The notes beneath the pieces were generated by a model that was not told the origin of the DNA, made no database searches, and saw only the letters and a program-made list of their open reading frames with translations. Below, piece by piece: positions 47,617 through 58,934 of a stretch of DNA of 64,000 nt. Positions within the stretch are counted from its first letter, which is position 1. Every line of letters starts with the position of its first letter. This DNA comes from a virus. The stretch spans positions 32,001 to 96,000 of the IMG/VR virus record IMGVR_UViG_3300031841_005609. One strand, given 5' to 3'. Both the position numbers and the translations under genes were made by a program.

Positions 47617-50600
47617 ATGGCAGATCTAAACGAACAATTGAGACTACAAACTGAGCTAAACAAAGTAATAGCTCAGAGACAAGCTCTCATTGACAAGCAG
47701 TCTGCATCCCTTCGACAGCAAGCTCAGATATCAAAAGAGATATGCAAAGCCCTTGAGTGCGGCAGTCTTGAAGACGGAATTAAAAAAAGCAGAGACTTTG
47801 GAAGCTCTCTTGATCAAGCTGCAGAAAAAGCCGAAAAAGCCTCCCAGAAGAACCAGGGTTTCGCGGATTCTATAAAGCAATCTGGTGAGAACGCCAAAGG
47901 TGCTACGAGTCGGTTTAAAAGACTTTTCAAAGCCATTTCCAACAATGCAGTCAAGATAGGTTTTACTCTTGGGCTCATGAAGGGCTTCGGAAATGCGTTT
48001 AAGTCCATTACCAACCTTGGAAAAGGTTTGGTTCGCGGCTTCATGGCGATAACTAGAGGTGCATTCAATCTAGGCAAAGCTATCATTAAGATTCCGTTCC
48101 AGATAATGGGAAATCTTATGCAGATGGCCCAGCAAGGTGGGATATCTCCTTTCAGGCAAGCACTAGAAAAACTCAGAGGAGAAATGGGTGACCTTGCGTC
48201 TGGTCCTGCGAGAGATGTCGTCAACTCTGTTTATAACATAAGAAAGACTTTCAACGACTCTTCTCAGAGTGCAGTTGGTTTTGGAAGAATCTTTGGGTAT
48301 GGTCAGGAAGGTCTGGCCAAGGCTCTAGAGTTCTCCATGGAAGCTGCCAAGGGTATAGGCCCTGTTTTCCATACAATGACAGAGGAGTTTAAGGAGAACG
48401 CCGGCAAACTCGCGATGTTCCAGAAAGGTCTGGGTCTTACGTCTGAGCAAATGGGTGATGTTGTAGCAAGAGCAAAAGCCGCAGGAGAAGACTATAACAA
48501 AGTTTTCGCTGAGATGGAACACTACTCTCACCATCTAGGAAAAGCTTTTAACATCTCCTCAAAGGCAATCAGCCGAGACGTTGGCGAGATGAGAATGGAT
48601 ATTGAGCGATTCGGCTTTGCCAGCGTTAAGTCTCTCACAGAGACCGCTGTTCAAACCAAGCGCTTGGGCATCACGATGAAGACCCTTCAGGGCGTTATCG
48701 ATAAGTTTGACAATTTCGAAGATGCTGCTCGATCTGCTGCACGCCTAAGAAGGCAGTTCGGAATCATGATTGACGCTCGCAAGATGGTCGGCATGTCTGG
48801 TATCGAAAGACTCGAGTACATAAAGAAGCAGTTTGCTGCTTCTGGAAAAGATATCACCAAGATGGGCCGAATTGAGATGAAATACCTCAAAGAAGCCACC
48901 GGCATGGATGCAGCTCAACTTGCTGCTCTTACTGGAAAAGCGAACAAGAATAAATCTCTTAACGATGTCAAGAAAGCAGGCGCAAAAGCACAGGCGAAGG
49001 AAATAAGTCAAGCTAAGTCGATGCTCCGACTTTCAAAGGCAATCGAGAAGCAGCTGCAGTCAGGCAACACGTCCTACAGGAGTTTCTTTGGAGCATTCTT
49101 AGGAGGATTCCAGAAGGGCGTTATGAGAGCTGGTCCGTTCCGAAAGATGCTAAGAAATCTTGCCAAGTCAATCAGGGTCGTTGAAATGTCCGGACGCCGG
49201 GTAGGTAGAATGTTCGTCAGAATGTTCCCTGGGATGAAGGACATGGTCGAGGGCCTGCAAAAGCTTTTTAATCCCGGAAGATTCAGGCCTTTCATGGGAG
49301 AGATTGAGTCTCACTTTAAGACTCTGTTTACTGCTCTTAGCGCTTCTCCTACCGAAGTTTCCGCTGCAATGGAGAACTTCTTCTCCGGGATCACCGAATC
49401 TTATAAGAAATTCTTCAAGTCAGGCGGCCCCGGGGCAAAACAGTTTGCAAGCGGTTTTGATACATTCGTGACCGTCATAGGAAATGTCGGTCTTAAGCTT
49501 GTTGCAAAAACATCGGAAATTGCTGCAAACATGATCAACGCTCTTGCTGATGGCCTTCAGAAGATCAACACTTCGAAAATCATGTCGGGAGGGGAGACAG
49601 CGGCAGAGATCGCCGGCGAAGGTCTATCTAGCAGGTTCGGAGCAGGCTTTTCAAACTTGTTTACTGTTCTAAAGGACAAGCTGTTTCCTGCACTCGGAAG
49701 AATATTCTCAGAGATGATCCCGTTTGTCATGCGAGGCCTCTTTAACCTCATGGACAAAGTCAAGCAATATTTCAAAGACAACTCAAAGGAGCTAGGTAAA
49801 AAGATTGGAGAGGCTCTTAAAAGCACATTTTTTGTCTTGATAGAGCTCTTCAAAAATATGCCTTGGGAAGCTCAAGCTCTGATCATAGCTAAGATCTTCG
49901 GAGGAGCTCTTCTCGCAGCGCTCATTGCGTCACTTCCAGGATTGTTAGCCTCCGGCTTCAGTATGATCGCTCCAGCTATCGGAGCTGCCCTTACTGGCCC
50001 AATCGGTATCGGTGTAGCAATGGCACTTGCAGGTGCTGCCATGGAAACCAAGATAAAAGAGCACACCGGAAAACTGGAAAAAGAATATGGAACACAAATA
50101 GGAAGAGTCGCCGGAGGGCTTACAGCTCTCGTGGATACAGTTACTTTCGGATTGATCCCAGAATCTGCGATGACCTCAATCGGAACCTTCCTCGGTGACA
50201 GTTTGGGGTCTATAAAAAATGTCATGGACTCTCTTGGTTTGGGTGTGCTCTTCGATGGAGCCGCAGATGCCGCTAGCGGCTTTTTTAAGACTGTTGAGGG
50301 CCTAGGAGAGGTTCTAAAGGGAATTTTTACCCTCGACTTCGAAAAGGTCGTGAGCGGCTTTAAAAACATCGGCCGCGGAGTCACTCGCTACTTTATCGGC
50401 TCCATTAAGTTTGCTATCGGTAAAATACTGGCAATTCCAGGCGTACTCTGGGCTGCAGTCAAGCAGATACCAAACGTCATTTCTGCAATCCCAGATATGA
50501 TATTCGGCGTAATCAAATCAGCCGGAGCATTCATTTACGGATTCTTTGATGAGCTAGGAATATTTCCTAAGGAGACCCTCGATCAAGTCGCAGGCTTCTT

Positions 50601-51957
50601 TTCTTCTGCTTTTGACACCATATACTCAATAGTCAGCGGAGTTTTCGACGGAATAGCACTTATTTTTGAAGGTCTCATAAAAGTAGTGTCTTGGGTTGGT
50701 TCGGGAATCTGGTCGGGTCTTAGCTGGGTTTTTGAAAAGCTCTGGGGAGCAGTTAAGTGGGTTGGAGGCCTCATCGGGGACATGATAGGCGGCCTTTTTG
50801 GTTTTTTCAAGAAAATCGGAAGTGCTATATGGTCCGTCTTCGAAGCACCTATCAATTGGATATCAGAGAAAGTCAAGTACTGGCTTAACAAGCTTCCTGG
50901 CTGGGCCAAGAAAAGGCTGGGAATAGGATCAGAGCTTGAGGAAGCAGCCTCAGAGGCTGCTGAACCCGTTGCTAAAAACGCTACAAAGGCAATCAAAGAC
51001 GAGGTTCCAAACATGGTTGGAGCTTATAGCGGAGGCCTCGACCAAATGCAGTCACTGGCTTCGGGAGCAGATCTCGGGATGTCCATTGAGGTCACTCCGG
51101 AGTTCAAGGGCAACATGACAACCGACGCCAGGACTTTGATGTCTCTAGACCCGAGTGATAAGCTTGCAGTTAAGGTCGAAAAACTAGAGGACATGAAGAA
51201 GGTAGTCGATAACCTAAAAAAGCTTCAGGGGCTTCCCAAAGAGCTCGAGACAATGAAGAAGAAGTTTGACAAGATCGATCCGGACAAAATTGGGGCCTCT
51301 ATCATCAACCTCTTTGGCAAGATTGACGAGATCATGTATTACATCACGAATGAGATCACAACAAGAGGATACTCAACTGCAGGTGTAACTTTCGATACTT
51401 CGATTATCGAAACTTTTGAGGGTATAAAGAAGCTAAGAGAATCACTGGACAAGGTGCTTGGCAAGGGCACCTTAAGTCAAAAGACTATAAACCTTAGAAA
51501 AGAAAACATCTCAAACGCTATAGACGCTGTGAGCGAACTAACCTACAAGGTATCGGGAGCGACAATTTACGGGGAAATGAACCCGTTTATAGAAGCCACA
51601 ATGGCTCTTCAGGGAACTCTAGAGGGAATACACGGTGAAGGAGGTCTTCTGTCTTCTGTTCCGAAGTCTATTGCAAGGAAAGTAAAGACAGCCAAGAAAT
51701 CTATAGACGAGGTTGGGAATATGATCGCCAAGATAAATAAGAGCAAGAACCTTAAGATAGCGGTTGCACTTGGTGACAAGATGTCTCAGAACGGAAAAGT
51801 AGCGATCACGATTGACAAGACTCAAATAAACTTGAACCTCAAGGTTGATATAAATGCTAGGAAGTTCGCACAAAAGCTTATTCAGGCTGATCTTAAGCCT
51901 TCACAAAAAGGTAAGCAACGACTTGCCACGACTGACGACATCAAGGCTGCTAAGTAA
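47617..51957 (+). CDS. tail tape measure protein
   Basis: 1446 aa, helical and A/G-rich, hydrophobic segment and periodic W/F repeats; follows tube and chaperone genes. Confidence 0.88.
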   Translation: MADLNEQLRLQTELNKVIAQRQALIDKQSASLRQQAQISKEICKALECGSLEDGIKKSRDFGSSLDQAAEKAEKASQKNQGFADSIKQSGENAKGATSRFKRLFKAISNNAVKIGFTLGLMKGFGNAFKSITNLGKGLVRGFMAITRGAFNLGKAIIKIPFQIMGNLMQMAQQGGISPFRQALEKLRGEMGDLASGPARDVVNSVYNIRKTFNDSSQSAVGFGRIFGYGQEGLAKALEFSMEAAKGIGPVFHTMTEEFKENAGKLAMFQKGLGLTSEQMGDVVARAKAAGEDYNKVFAEMEHYSHHLGKAFNISSKAISRDVGEMRMDIERFGFASVKSLTETAVQTKRLGITMKTLQGVIDKFDNFEDAARSAARLRRQFGIMIDARKMVGMSGIERLEYIKKQFAASGKDITKMGRIEMKYLKEATGMDAAQLAALTGKANKNKSLNDVKKAGAKAQAKEISQAKSMLRLSKAIEKQLQSGNTSYRSFFGAFLGGFQKGVMRAGPFRKMLRNLAKSIRVVEMSGRRVGRMFVRMFPGMKDMVEGLQKLFNPGRFRPFMGEIESHFKTLFTALSASPTEVSAAMENFFSGITESYKKFFKSGGPGAKQFASGFDTFVTVIGNVGLKLVAKTSEIAANMINALADGLQKINTSKIMSGGETAAEIAGEGLSSRFGAGFSNLFTVLKDKLFPALGRIFSEMIPFVMRGLFNLMDKVKQYFKDNSKELGKKIGEALKSTFFVLIELFKNMPWEAQALIIAKIFGGALLAALIASLPGLLASGFSMIAPAIGAALTGPIGIGVAMALAGAAMETKIKEHTGKLEKEYGTQIGRVAGGLTALVDTVTFGLIPESAMTSIGTFLGDSLGSIKNVMDSLGLGVLFDGAADAASGFFKTVEGLGEVLKGIFTLDFEKVVSGFKNIGRGVTRYFIGSIKFAIGKILAIPGVLWAAVKQIPNVISAIPDMIFGVIKSAGAFIYGFFDELGIFPKETLDQVAGFFSSAFDTIYSIVSGVFDGIALIFEGLIKVVSWVGSGIWSGLSWVFEKLWGAVKWVGGLIGDMIGGLFGFFKKIGSAIWSVFEAPINWISEKVKYWLNKLPGWAKKRLGIGSELEEAASEAAEPVAKNATKAIKDEVPNMVGAYSGGLDQMQSLASGADLGMSIEVTPEFKGNMTTDARTLMSLDPSDKLAVKVEKLEDMKKVVDNLKKLQGLPKELETMKKKFDKIDPDKIGASIINLFGKIDEIMYYITNEITTRGYSTAGVTFDTSIIETFEGIKKLRESLDKVLGKGTLSQKTINLRKENISNAIDAVSELTYKVSGATIYGEMNPFIEATMALQGTLEGIHGEGGLLSSVPKSIARKVKTAKKSIDEVGNMIAKINKSKNLKIAVALGDKMSQNGKVAITIDKTQINLNLKVDINARKFAQKLIQADLKPSQKGKQRLATTDDIKAAK

Positions 51958-51978
51958 AACTAGGGACTGATACTAGAT

Positions 51979-52272
51979 ATGGAAATAAACGAAGCGATTA
52001 AAAAGTTAAGGGCTCAAAAAAACGAGGAAGGAACTCCCGGTTTCATGATATACAGGCTTCTCGAGAACGCTCATCCAGTTGTCAGAGAGGTCATAGAATA
52101 CCAGGCTGCCCAGGCTCTTCGAGCCGGCGAAACTGTAGGTGAAGCATTCAGAGAAGCTTCTGCTACAAAAGAAGGCAGAGACTTTTTAGAAAAGAAGTTT
52201 TCTGAGCTTTCATCAAAAATAAACGCAGCTACTTCTTTTGAAAATGAAGAAACTGGAGATGAAGATGACTGA
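51979..52272 (+). CDS. hypothetical protein
   Basis: 97-aa ORF between the tape measure and baseplate genes. Confidence 0.55.
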   Translation: MEINEAIKKLRAQKNEEGTPGFMIYRLLENAHPVVREVIEYQAAQALRAGETVGEAFREASATKEGRDFLEKKFSELSSKINAATSFENEETGDEDD

Positions 52273-55200
52273 GAGCAGTAAAAGAGAGACTCTAGGAAAC
52301 CTTATGAAACGTCCTGAAGAGTCTGAGTCTTCTGCTGCATCTAGAGCGTATGCTAATTCTTCTATTCCGGGAGGTCCCGATCAAGATCTTGTCGAGGAAC
52401 ATCTCGACACTCTGAGAAAATATGCTGAGTCTCAAACAGAAGGAAACACGTTTAGACCGAGCACTGCAGAGATAGTCGCACCAGACCTTTCATCAGGCGT
52501 TCTCTCACAGACAACATCAGGCTTTCTTGTCAGAGCAAGCTCAATTGATCCCGATACCAAAGCCTACTATGAGTCTTCTGATTCTGGTATTTTCGTATCA
52601 ACCGATTCATTAATAGACTTCGGTGGAAAAAAGTTCTCGAAAAATTCTCAAGCCCAATCAGGGCCCGATGTTCTCACAGGTCACGACCTTCTTATCAGCG
52701 AGGCTGAAAGCAAACACAAATCTCCTCGGCCAGGCAGCGCCTATCGAGATCTCACTCGAATCGACCCAGCGACGACTCCGAATCGTCCAATTGCAGCTGC
52801 AGTATATCAGAGCCTGATTAATCACAATGTGTATCACCCTTCTGACAGTTCTCCGTTTTTGGATTATAGACCGTCTGTCGAAGGAGAAGGAGCTTTTTCA
52901 AACGGAATATTCTCTTTTCAAAAAGAGCTAGGTGTTTTTAATAAAAATGCCGACAGAATATCAATTAAGGAATTGAGAAAAGTTGCAGGAGACCTTCTAC
53001 TCAAGGCTCAATCGATATCAGACGGAGACGCGAAAACTGTCATTGACAGTTTCGCTGATAATGGTTTTTTCGGAAGCACACTTGATAAGTTAGTTCTACT
53101 TCCTCACACAACTCAGGTAGGTTCCGGGCAAATATCTGTAGAGAAATTGCGGGCAAGAGTTAGAAAAGCCGAAGAAATGTCATCAGGATTCGACGAAGCC
53201 GGAACATATAGCGGACAGGACGATTTATTGCTTGTTCAGACATTTAAAACAGGCATGGCGGATCAAGGAAAAGATCCGTTCATTAGCTCTCTTACGAAAG
53301 CAGATTCCGCAAGCTCTTATGGTACATTAAACTCTCCCGCAGAGCCTTTCAACGGACCCTTTCCTGCTGGTATGATAATGCCCGTAGTATACTCTATAGT
53401 TGCGGTAGGTATATTCGGCTTGATGCTTCCAGGCGTCATTTCTACTTTGTCTGATGGCCACCCTGAGCATGTAAGGGATCCAGAAAGCCCCCAGACTCTA
53501 GCCCTAGGAAGAAACTACACCACCGACGCCGGCATCGGGACAAAGACTCTTGAGCTTTTTGGGTTTCCTAGAATGGAAAACACTGGATTCTTTAGCAACA
53601 TTGCTGCGGGCATGATGTCGTTTTACGGATTTCCTGATCCTATAACTCCTTTCTCTCTGTTTGGGCCTGACTTTATAGACAGTCTTGTCAATGTTCTCTT
53701 TGCTCCTGGGTACTATCTGGTTATCACGAAAGGAATTCTCAGAGATATCTCAAAGATAACTGAGGCTTTTTCCAACATCAATACGTCTTCTGGAGTTTTC
53801 GGTGCTGTGACTTCTTTTTTTGTTGCAGTAGAGTCAATATTCACTTCTTTTACGTTTAAGTTTTTCGTCACGATGGCAAAGACGGGCCAGCAAATTATGA
53901 AAGGTCTGTTGCAGCCCGGAAGAGACGGACATGGTGGTTTGGTTCCGACATACAACGATCAGAAAAATACTCGACCTGAGTCTCTCACGGGAAGAAACAG
54001 GCTTGCTTATTCTAGGATTCATACCTCTCGAGAGGATGCCGAGTCGCCATTATCCCTCAGGAAACACATGGCTGCTTGGCTTTCAAACGAAGTTCACGCA
54101 GCTCTCTCAACACAAAAGCTTCCGGCGTCTCCGGAAGGTGAAGGTGAGCCTGTCAAAGTTCTCGAGTCTCATGTTGCTGAAAAAACCCCGATCAGACTTA
54201 CTGCAAAGCAAGTTGAGTACGTAGAAGATATCATTGATGCCGAATATGTTCCGTTTTCAATACAGGACTTGAGAACGAACGAAATATTCAGCATGCCTGC
54301 TTTTATAACTAGCATATCTGATGATTTTGCAGTCCAGCATGGTACTTCTCACGGATACGGAAGAACTGATCCCGTCTATTCTTACGCAAAAACTGTGAGA
54401 AGCATAAATCTTGTTTTTGACATGATAGCAATGAACGAGAGAGATCATAACTATCTCTATATTCTTTTAAATAAACTCACTGCGATGTGCTATCCGCAGA
54501 GAGATGCTGGCCTGATAAGAGCCCAGGAGAACGGACAGTTTTTCTCTCAGCCGTTTTCACAGACTCCAACTGCTTCTCCTGTCGTTAGAATAAGACTAGG
54601 TGATCTCCTTGCTTCGAATAAGTCCGCTCGAGCAATGGAAAATATCTTCGGCGGACCCGATATTCTAGGCTTAAAAGCTGAAAAGACCGCCAACTTGAGT
54701 CAAAAGTCACAAGATCTTACTGCAAAAAGAAGAGAAAACCTCTTAAAGGTAGGAGAAGAAAAAGCAAAGCTCTATAAGCAGTTCGCTGAAGGTCAAATTG
54801 ACCCCGGGACTGAGATAGTGATCCCTGCAGGAACAACTTTAGCACTTAGGGGATCTGATAAGTTTGCCACCTTTAGAACTCTTTTACCCGCTCAGGTCAA
54901 GATCAAGGGTACTGAAGAGTTTTCTGGCTCCCCTGACAATGTCAATCTAGGACAAAAAGCTGGTGACGGAGAGGCCAAAGAAGCTCTCTATCAAATAGAG
55001 CTCCCGAAAGAAATTACCGAAAACCGAAAGCAGGCATATAATTTCGGAGGAGTCACGCTTGCTGCTCTCGTCAACAACTCAGAAGGCGGTGGATTACTAG
55101 GAGGGCTTCTAGGCAACGACTCCGGACCAACAGTCTTCATAAAGAAGTCTACAAAGATTGATATCTTTGATGAAGATGTCCTGAAATCACTCCAGCTTAA

Positions 55201-55624
55201 TGACGAAGACCGCCGACCCTTTGACGAAGTTCAGAAATTTCTTGATCCCGAGACCAATCCTGTTGTTAGATCCATAAATAACGGATCTCCGGGAAGAGGC
55301 TTAGCGGGCGTAATAACTCAGCTTTCTCTTTCTTATGAAGGCTCCATTTGGGGAACTGGAGAAGAATCCAGGCTGCAGGGTTTAAAAGCTCCCAAAAGAA
55401 TTCAAGTCACTTTAGCATTCGCTCCCATTCATGATCTTCCGTTGGGTCTTACATCAACGGGTGATCTTTTTGCACCTTCACATCCCGTCGGATCTTATTC
55501 CAGAAAGACGTTCGACGGAAAGAAAGCTGCTCATGAAAAGTACTTCAAAGAAAATATAAAAAAGGCTAATAATTTAAACGAGAAGAAACTTAAAGATCCG
55601 ACTGAGACTTCTCTTTCTTTTTAG
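52265..55624 (+). CDS. baseplate tube-junction-like protein with hydrophobic segments
   Basis: AFITSISDDF..YGRTDPVYSY..TVRSINLVF..LNKL..CYP, PVVRIRLGD and GVITQLSLSY tube-fold pattern; start 52265 after GGAG. Confidence 0.55.
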   Translation: MTESSKRETLGNLMKRPEESESSAASRAYANSSIPGGPDQDLVEEHLDTLRKYAESQTEGNTFRPSTAEIVAPDLSSGVLSQTTSGFLVRASSIDPDTKAYYESSDSGIFVSTDSLIDFGGKKFSKNSQAQSGPDVLTGHDLLISEAESKHKSPRPGSAYRDLTRIDPATTPNRPIAAAVYQSLINHNVYHPSDSSPFLDYRPSVEGEGAFSNGIFSFQKELGVFNKNADRISIKELRKVAGDLLLKAQSISDGDAKTVIDSFADNGFFGSTLDKLVLLPHTTQVGSGQISVEKLRARVRKAEEMSSGFDEAGTYSGQDDLLLVQTFKTGMADQGKDPFISSLTKADSASSYGTLNSPAEPFNGPFPAGMIMPVVYSIVAVGIFGLMLPGVISTLSDGHPEHVRDPESPQTLALGRNYTTDAGIGTKTLELFGFPRMENTGFFSNIAAGMMSFYGFPDPITPFSLFGPDFIDSLVNVLFAPGYYLVITKGILRDISKITEAFSNINTSSGVFGAVTSFFVAVESIFTSFTFKFFVTMAKTGQQIMKGLLQPGRDGHGGLVPTYNDQKNTRPESLTGRNRLAYSRIHTSREDAESPLSLRKHMAAWLSNEVHAALSTQKLPASPEGEGEPVKVLESHVAEKTPIRLTAKQVEYVEDIIDAEYVPFSIQDLRTNEIFSMPAFITSISDDFAVQHGTSHGYGRTDPVYSYAKTVRSINLVFDMIAMNERDHNYLYILLNKLTAMCYPQRDAGLIRAQENGQFFSQPFSQTPTASPVVRIRLGDLLASNKSARAMENIFGGPDILGLKAEKTANLSQKSQDLTAKRRENLLKVGEEKAKLYKQFAEGQIDPGTEIVIPAGTTLALRGSDKFATFRTLLPAQVKIKGTEEFSGSPDNVNLGQKAGDGEAKEALYQIELPKEITENRKQAYNFGGVTLAALVNNSEGGGLLGGLLGNDSGPTVFIKKSTKIDIFDEDVLKSLQLNDEDRRPFDEVQKFLDPETNPVVRSINNGSPGRGLAGVITQLSLSYEGSIWGTGEESRLQGLKAPKRIQVTLAFAPIHDLPLGLTSTGDLFAPSHPVGSYSRKTFDGKKAAHEKYFKENIKKANNLNEKKLKDPTETSLSF

Positions 55625-55639
55625 TGAGGCAAACAAGAT

Positions 55640-55930
55640 ATGGTCTCTAGATATACAAACGATGATCCCATAAGGGATGGGAAAGTAAGAAGAACAGCCA
55701 CAGCTGTCGACAGAATTAGAACTGCTGTCCGACGGGGCTCCTTTCAAACAACTGAAAGAGTACTAAAAGAGGGAGAACGTCTCGATCAAATAGCAGGCCA
55801 GCTTTACGGGGATGGATCTCTTTGGTGGGTAATAGCTGCTACTTCGAACATAGGCTGGCACCTTCAGGCACCCCCGGGAACAATTCTAAGAGTCCCCTTA
55901 AACATTTCTGATGTCCTGAGGTATGTCTAA
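55640..55930 (+). CDS. LysM-like baseplate wedge protein
   Basis: GERLDQIAGQLYGDGSLWWVIAATSNI..PGTILRVP. Confidence 0.85.
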   Translation: MVSRYTNDDPIRDGKVRRTATAVDRIRTAVRRGSFQTTERVLKEGERLDQIAGQLYGDGSLWWVIAATSNIGWHLQAPPGTILRVPLNISDVLRYV

Positions 55931-58900
55931 TGGATCCAATGTCAAAGGTTAGAAGAGCCCGACTAGATCAAGCTGTCAAAGAGTTGTTAGACTTTCAGGG
56001 CTCTAGGGGACCTATTCTTCAGGCGACAGATGGAGTTGACGTAGAGACTGCTAAGAAAAAAAGACAAAGCAATACTGCTGCAAGCAAGATAGCAAGAGAT
56101 TTCTTGAGGCAAGGAGAGATTATTGAGACCGTAGGCAGACTTGTTGAAAAGTGCGAAGAAACTTTAGGGAAAGATCTCGCTGCTTATGAAGAGCTTGGAA
56201 TAATAATCACTCCAAGCAGTGAAGATTCTAAGTCAGGAGATAGATCAGCAGCGTCAGGGTCAGGAAAACCCGGGATCAACATAATAGATTCAATGCTATG
56301 TAACAGCAATACGGATCAAGGGGTTGACAAGCCCACATCAGGAAAAGCATACACGGTTCTTAACGATCTCACTCCTACGAACACGAAGGGCTCGAAGACA
56401 GTTGATGACGGAGTTCCTGAGTTTCACATAATTCAGGTGATGAACCCAGAGCATACTCCGGCTTCTCTAAACACTGAAATATGTACCGTTGCAATGAATC
56501 AGCTTCCAACTGTCGAGCTCTCTAAGGCAGTTCCTTTTCTAAACATAGAGTTTCTTGCGAACGAGGGCGTTAAAGCGGCTGGTAAAGCAAACAAAACGAG
56601 AGGTATAACAACTAGTAGATTTCTTCTTGGAAAGAACTTAGGTGAAAAAAGTAAGTACAGAGATTTTGTTCTAGCTGAATTCTTGCCCGTTACAGACTTT
56701 GCAGAGTCTGATCCTGAAAGTGAATCTGTGATCGCCGGCATGGATCTTTTCACTTCTCCTCAAACGATGGTGCCCGTTGACGCTTTTGAAGTTGGGACTA
56801 AGTCTTATAAAGATCCCTTTAGACCTTTTATGTCCATTGATAGCTTTGTTTTGACTGCTAATTCTCCAAAGTACGGAATGGATCCCAATGCAGCAGATGT
56901 AAGTGCTACTATAGAAATAATTCTTCATGACAGAGCTAGGCTACAAGATATTCAAGAGCTCGTAACTCCTGGTGGATTCTCCGCCGGCGGAAGAATGAGG
57001 ATAACATATGGGTTTGCTCATCCTGACGGAAGCTTTGCAAGACCTTCAGACGCTCAAAAGCAAAAAGCCCTTTACGGTCAAATAATAGACGGTCTGAGAG
57101 TTTCTGAGCTTTTTAATGTTTACAGCTCAGAGTTTAATATGACAGAAGACGGAGAAGTGAAGATAACAGTCTCGGCTATGTCAAACTCTTCTGAGACAGG
57201 ATTCGCAGCTTTGAATATCACAGATGCCTGGGACGGATCAGCTACTTTTACCGAGATAGCTAGAAAGTTTAAAGAGCTCAAATATCTCATAACGGATTTG
57301 AGCGCTAGAGATAATATGAAAGAGATCGTCGTCCCCACTATTTTTGGAACCAATGGTGATATCGGGGGCTCTGCGATAGACAAAAAGACTCTAGCAACGA
57401 TCACATCATACATCAACGCTATAGTAGCAAAAACCGCAGATACAGAAGCAACCCAGACCACGGCAAAGATCAAAGAAATCTCAGATGCTCTCTTTAAAGA
57501 TACAAAAGGTGATCTTTCTATTGCAAAGGCATCCACGAACAGGGAATCTGTTCTCAAGTCTATTCTGACTTATTTAAGGTATTCCCCAGATCCTTTCGGT
57601 CGACCGATGATGAAAGGAACCCCTTCTGTCACGAACATCAAACCTACACGAGGATTCACAGACAAGCAAGTCCAGACCGGTAAAGCAAAGACCAGAAAAG
57701 AAACTCAGAAAAAGCATGTTACTTTTGGAAAGGCGTTGGCTGCTTTGATCGGAATACCTATGCAGAAGGCATATGCTGGGAAAGCTTACGAAATCCAGAT
57801 GATATTCTATGGTTTTAACGATTCAGCGGGAGGAGTTCAAGACTATAACATAGCTTCGTTTCCCATTCAATATGATGACCTTGAGAAAGTTTTGACTAGT
57901 GAGTTTAAGAAAAATACCACTCTAAGCTTGGGCCAAGTTCTCTCTCTTTTAAATTCTAACTTTCTACAAAAAGAAGATTCTCCTGCTTACGGAGTTGGAA
58001 ACATCCCCAAGAACGTAACTCAGCAACAGGCTCTGAACGAGATGTACGGTCTTAAGCCTATTTTTCCACATTCAGAATTTAGACTTCCTCAGATAGGTGT
58101 TTCCCTTAGGTCTTTTACTGGAACTGCAGATGGAAACAATCCGAACAAGACTATCATAAGGATAGAAATCTATGATGCTCGCTGTGGTGTCTTAAGTGCC
58201 TCTAGAAGACTTCTTAAGGCAGCCTCTAGAGATGGCTTTTTCTATAGTTTTTCAAGGCAAACTCAAAAACCGTCACCTGGGAAGCACAGCGCTGGAATGA
58301 ATCACGAGAAACGAATAGCTGAAGCCGAGAAGGTGATAGAACCCTATCTTGCTGACGTGTCCAAGACTGAGATCGAAAAAGCACTGAAAAAAGCCGAGCC
58401 TGGAACAACCCTTGAAGCTCTCATCAAAGCCATCGCAGAAGATGTCAAGACTGTAAAGCTCACAAAACATGGTGTGGTAAGTCTGTTAAAAGAAACTTTT
58501 CCGTCTCTTGTTTATGGCTCTGATTCAACAGGAATAATATCTGCAGACGTCTCCTCTTTTAAAGATGAAGGTGCAGTTGAGCTGGCGATCGCTAGAGAAA
58601 ACGACGCCGTAAAAAAAACCAAAGTAGCATCTTCTGAAATCGTCTCCCAGGTCTATCCTGTTGAGTGTAAATTAAATACTCTTGGTTGCCCATTTTTTAA
58701 TTTTTCCCAACAGTATTTTATTGATTTTGGAACAGGCACCTCTATCGACAACATATACGGTGTCAATACAGTTGAGCATACCCTCTCAGCAGGAGAGTTT
58801 AAAACTAGCTTAAGCCTCATGCAGGAAGACACATTTCCTGTTCTTATAACTCCGGAGTCTGGAATTGCTGATCTTCTAGTTGCTTCCCTTCTTGCTCTTC

Positions 58901-58932
58901 CCATAGAAAAAGCTCAAGACGAGAAAAAATAG
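55930..58932 (+). CDS. baseplate hub protein (gp27/gpD-like)
   Basis: Follows LysM; C-terminal LNTLGCP..YFIDFGTGTSIDNIYGVNTVEHTLSAGEFKTSL pattern. Confidence 0.6.
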   Translation: MDPMSKVRRARLDQAVKELLDFQGSRGPILQATDGVDVETAKKKRQSNTAASKIARDFLRQGEIIETVGRLVEKCEETLGKDLAAYEELGIIITPSSEDSKSGDRSAASGSGKPGINIIDSMLCNSNTDQGVDKPTSGKAYTVLNDLTPTNTKGSKTVDDGVPEFHIIQVMNPEHTPASLNTEICTVAMNQLPTVELSKAVPFLNIEFLANEGVKAAGKANKTRGITTSRFLLGKNLGEKSKYRDFVLAEFLPVTDFAESDPESESVIAGMDLFTSPQTMVPVDAFEVGTKSYKDPFRPFMSIDSFVLTANSPKYGMDPNAADVSATIEIILHDRARLQDIQELVTPGGFSAGGRMRITYGFAHPDGSFARPSDAQKQKALYGQIIDGLRVSELFNVYSSEFNMTEDGEVKITVSAMSNSSETGFAALNITDAWDGSATFTEIARKFKELKYLITDLSARDNMKEIVVPTIFGTNGDIGGSAIDKKTLATITSYINAIVAKTADTEATQTTAKIKEISDALFKDTKGDLSIAKASTNRESVLKSILTYLRYSPDPFGRPMMKGTPSVTNIKPTRGFTDKQVQTGKAKTRKETQKKHVTFGKALAALIGIPMQKAYAGKAYEIQMIFYGFNDSAGGVQDYNIASFPIQYDDLEKVLTSEFKKNTTLSLGQVLSLLNSNFLQKEDSPAYGVGNIPKNVTQQQALNEMYGLKPIFPHSEFRLPQIGVSLRSFTGTADGNNPNKTIIRIEIYDARCGVLSASRRLLKAASRDGFFYSFSRQTQKPSPGKHSAGMNHEKRIAEAEKVIEPYLADVSKTEIEKALKKAEPGTTLEALIKAIAEDVKTVKLTKHGVVSLLKETFPSLVYGSDSTGIISADVSSFKDEGAVELAIARENDAVKKTKVASSEIVSQVYPVECKLNTLGCPFFNFSQQYFIDFGTGTSIDNIYGVNTVEHTLSAGEFKTSLSLMQEDTFPVLITPESGIADLLVASLLALPIEKAQDEKK

Positions 58933-58934
58933 CT

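Noticed and set aside
38922-58932. Bacterial contractile injection system or tailocin
   Set aside because: Terminase, portal, protease, capsid and replication genes in the same window show it is a phage.
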